Virus record (IMG/VR): IMGVR_UViG_3300036824_000037
Coordinates: 32,001 to 96,000 of that record
Source of the DNA: a virus
Lineage: Duplodnaviria; Caudoviricetes
Length of the DNA stretch: 64,000 nucleotides
Strand: one strand, 5' to 3'
In this document: in pieces, positions 63,270 through 64,000 of the stretch
How the letters are laid out: every line of letters begins with the position of its first letter
Position numbering within the stretch: position 1 is the stretch's first letter
Made by a program: the position numbers and the translations under genes
Notes under the pieces: generated by a model
Told to the model about the DNA's origin: nothing
Seen by the model: only the letters and a program-made list of their open reading frames with translations
The model's database searches: none

Positions 63270-63605
63270 ATGACGCAGCCCGCCGAGCCGCCCCCGGAGC
63301 CGAGCAACGCGGACCTGCTCGCCGCGATCACGGCCATCGCCACGGCCCAGAGCGAGCAGGGGGCCGCACTCACCGCGCTGACCGGGAAGGTCGACGCCCT
63401 CGCCGCGACACAGGCCGAGCAGGGCGCCGCCCTCACCGCCGTCGCGGGCAAACTCGACGACGTCGAGACCAAGGTCGACCGGCTCGCCGACGACGTCATG
63501 GCCGTCAAGGTCGACACCGGGTTCATCGACCGGCACATCGCCGACTTCCAGGGCTGGGCGCGGGCGCACCAGGGCAACCCCGACGCGCATAGGCCGGCAG
63601 CCTGA
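63270..63605 (+). CDS. Coiled-coil protein similar to 12024..12392
   Basis: EPSNADLLAAI...heptads...HQGNPDAH; internal repeat QxEQGAALTA; -10 TACGGT 6 nt before ATG. Confidence 0.65.
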   Translation: MTQPAEPPPEPSNADLLAAITAIATAQSEQGAALTALTGKVDALAATQAEQGAALTAVAGKLDDVETKVDRLADDVMAVKVDTGFIDRHIADFQGWARAHQGNPDAHRPAA

Positions 63606-64000
63606 GGCGGTCATGTGGCCGCGCCCATCTCAATCCGGAACGGCCCGGGCCCCGGGGGTGGGGGCGGCACATCCTTGGCCGCGTACTCCTGCCAGATCCC
63701 CGCTTCCTTCAGCAGGCCGATGACGAGGCGCCCGGCTTCGGTGAACCGCCAGGAGTCGGCGAATGAGGCGTTGCCATTGAGCATCTTGCGCTCGTCGAAC
63801 GCGACGAGCCCGCGGCGCATAAGCGCTCCGCTCGACGCCGACCAGGCGCGCGGGAACTGGCCCGGGTCCGCAACCCACGGAGCGCGATAGTGCAAATCGA
63901 TGAGGCTCAGGCGGCACGCTTCGGCGTTCGTGATCCCGAACTCCGCGATTTCCTCGGCAGCCTTCTCCCTCGCCGCACGCCAGGCGTCTCGCACGGCAAG

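Larger units (their letters stand above)
1..64000. mobile_element. Actinobacterial phage/prophage-like early and replication region, mosaic with AICE/satellite-like modules
   Basis: Dense short ORFs with ATGA/GTGA overlaps; phage-type replication genes, methyltransferases, WhiB, Lsr2, Xis-like HTHs; no housekeeping operons. Element boundaries not visible. Confidence 0.8.

Noticed and set aside
1-64000. Integrase, transposase, terminase, capsid/tail genes, reverse transcriptase
   Set aside because: No matching motifs recognised in any provided ORF, so element type and boundaries remain undetermined.

Overview
High-GC, densely packed actinobacterial phage/prophage-like (or phage-satellite/AICE mosaic) region. 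No integrase, terminase or virion genes are recognisable in the window; most of it is short hypothetical ORFs. Family calls are from motif recognition and memory, not from searches. Main find: at 13902-15620 (- strand), a promoter drives a Cas7/RAMP-like gene, a coupled conserved accessory gene and a non-coding array. The array has 9 units, each GGCA followed by 7-14 GGY-NN pentamers (about 101 pentamers). Reading only the NN dinucleotides as codon positions 1-2 gives protein-like targets: unit 4 decodes to A-I-V-G-L-G-G-T-G-S-I-L (ThiF/E1 nucleotide-binding motif), and the first 5 of 7 dinucleotides of unit 7 match the system's own -10 region. This points to an RNA-guided system with a gapped recognition code, resembling what I recall being reported as VIPR (recalled, not verified). 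Other content: a Ro60/Rsr operon with two Y RNAs (one tRNA-like YrlA), a permuted Ro-binding hairpin next to the rsr ribosome-binding site, and cspA; a Thg1-like 3'-5' polymerase; three replication modules, each with its own iteron-like repeats (prim-pol + DUF3987-type ATPase, AAA/RepA-type helicase, lambda-like initiator + DnaC + DnaB); two parallel Xis-GntR control modules; an ImmA/IrrE homologue lacking its catalytic Glu; two DNA methyltransferases; PAPS-reductase-family, MazG-like, Lsr2, WhiB and LuxR genes; and a DUF6247/RelE-like pair.
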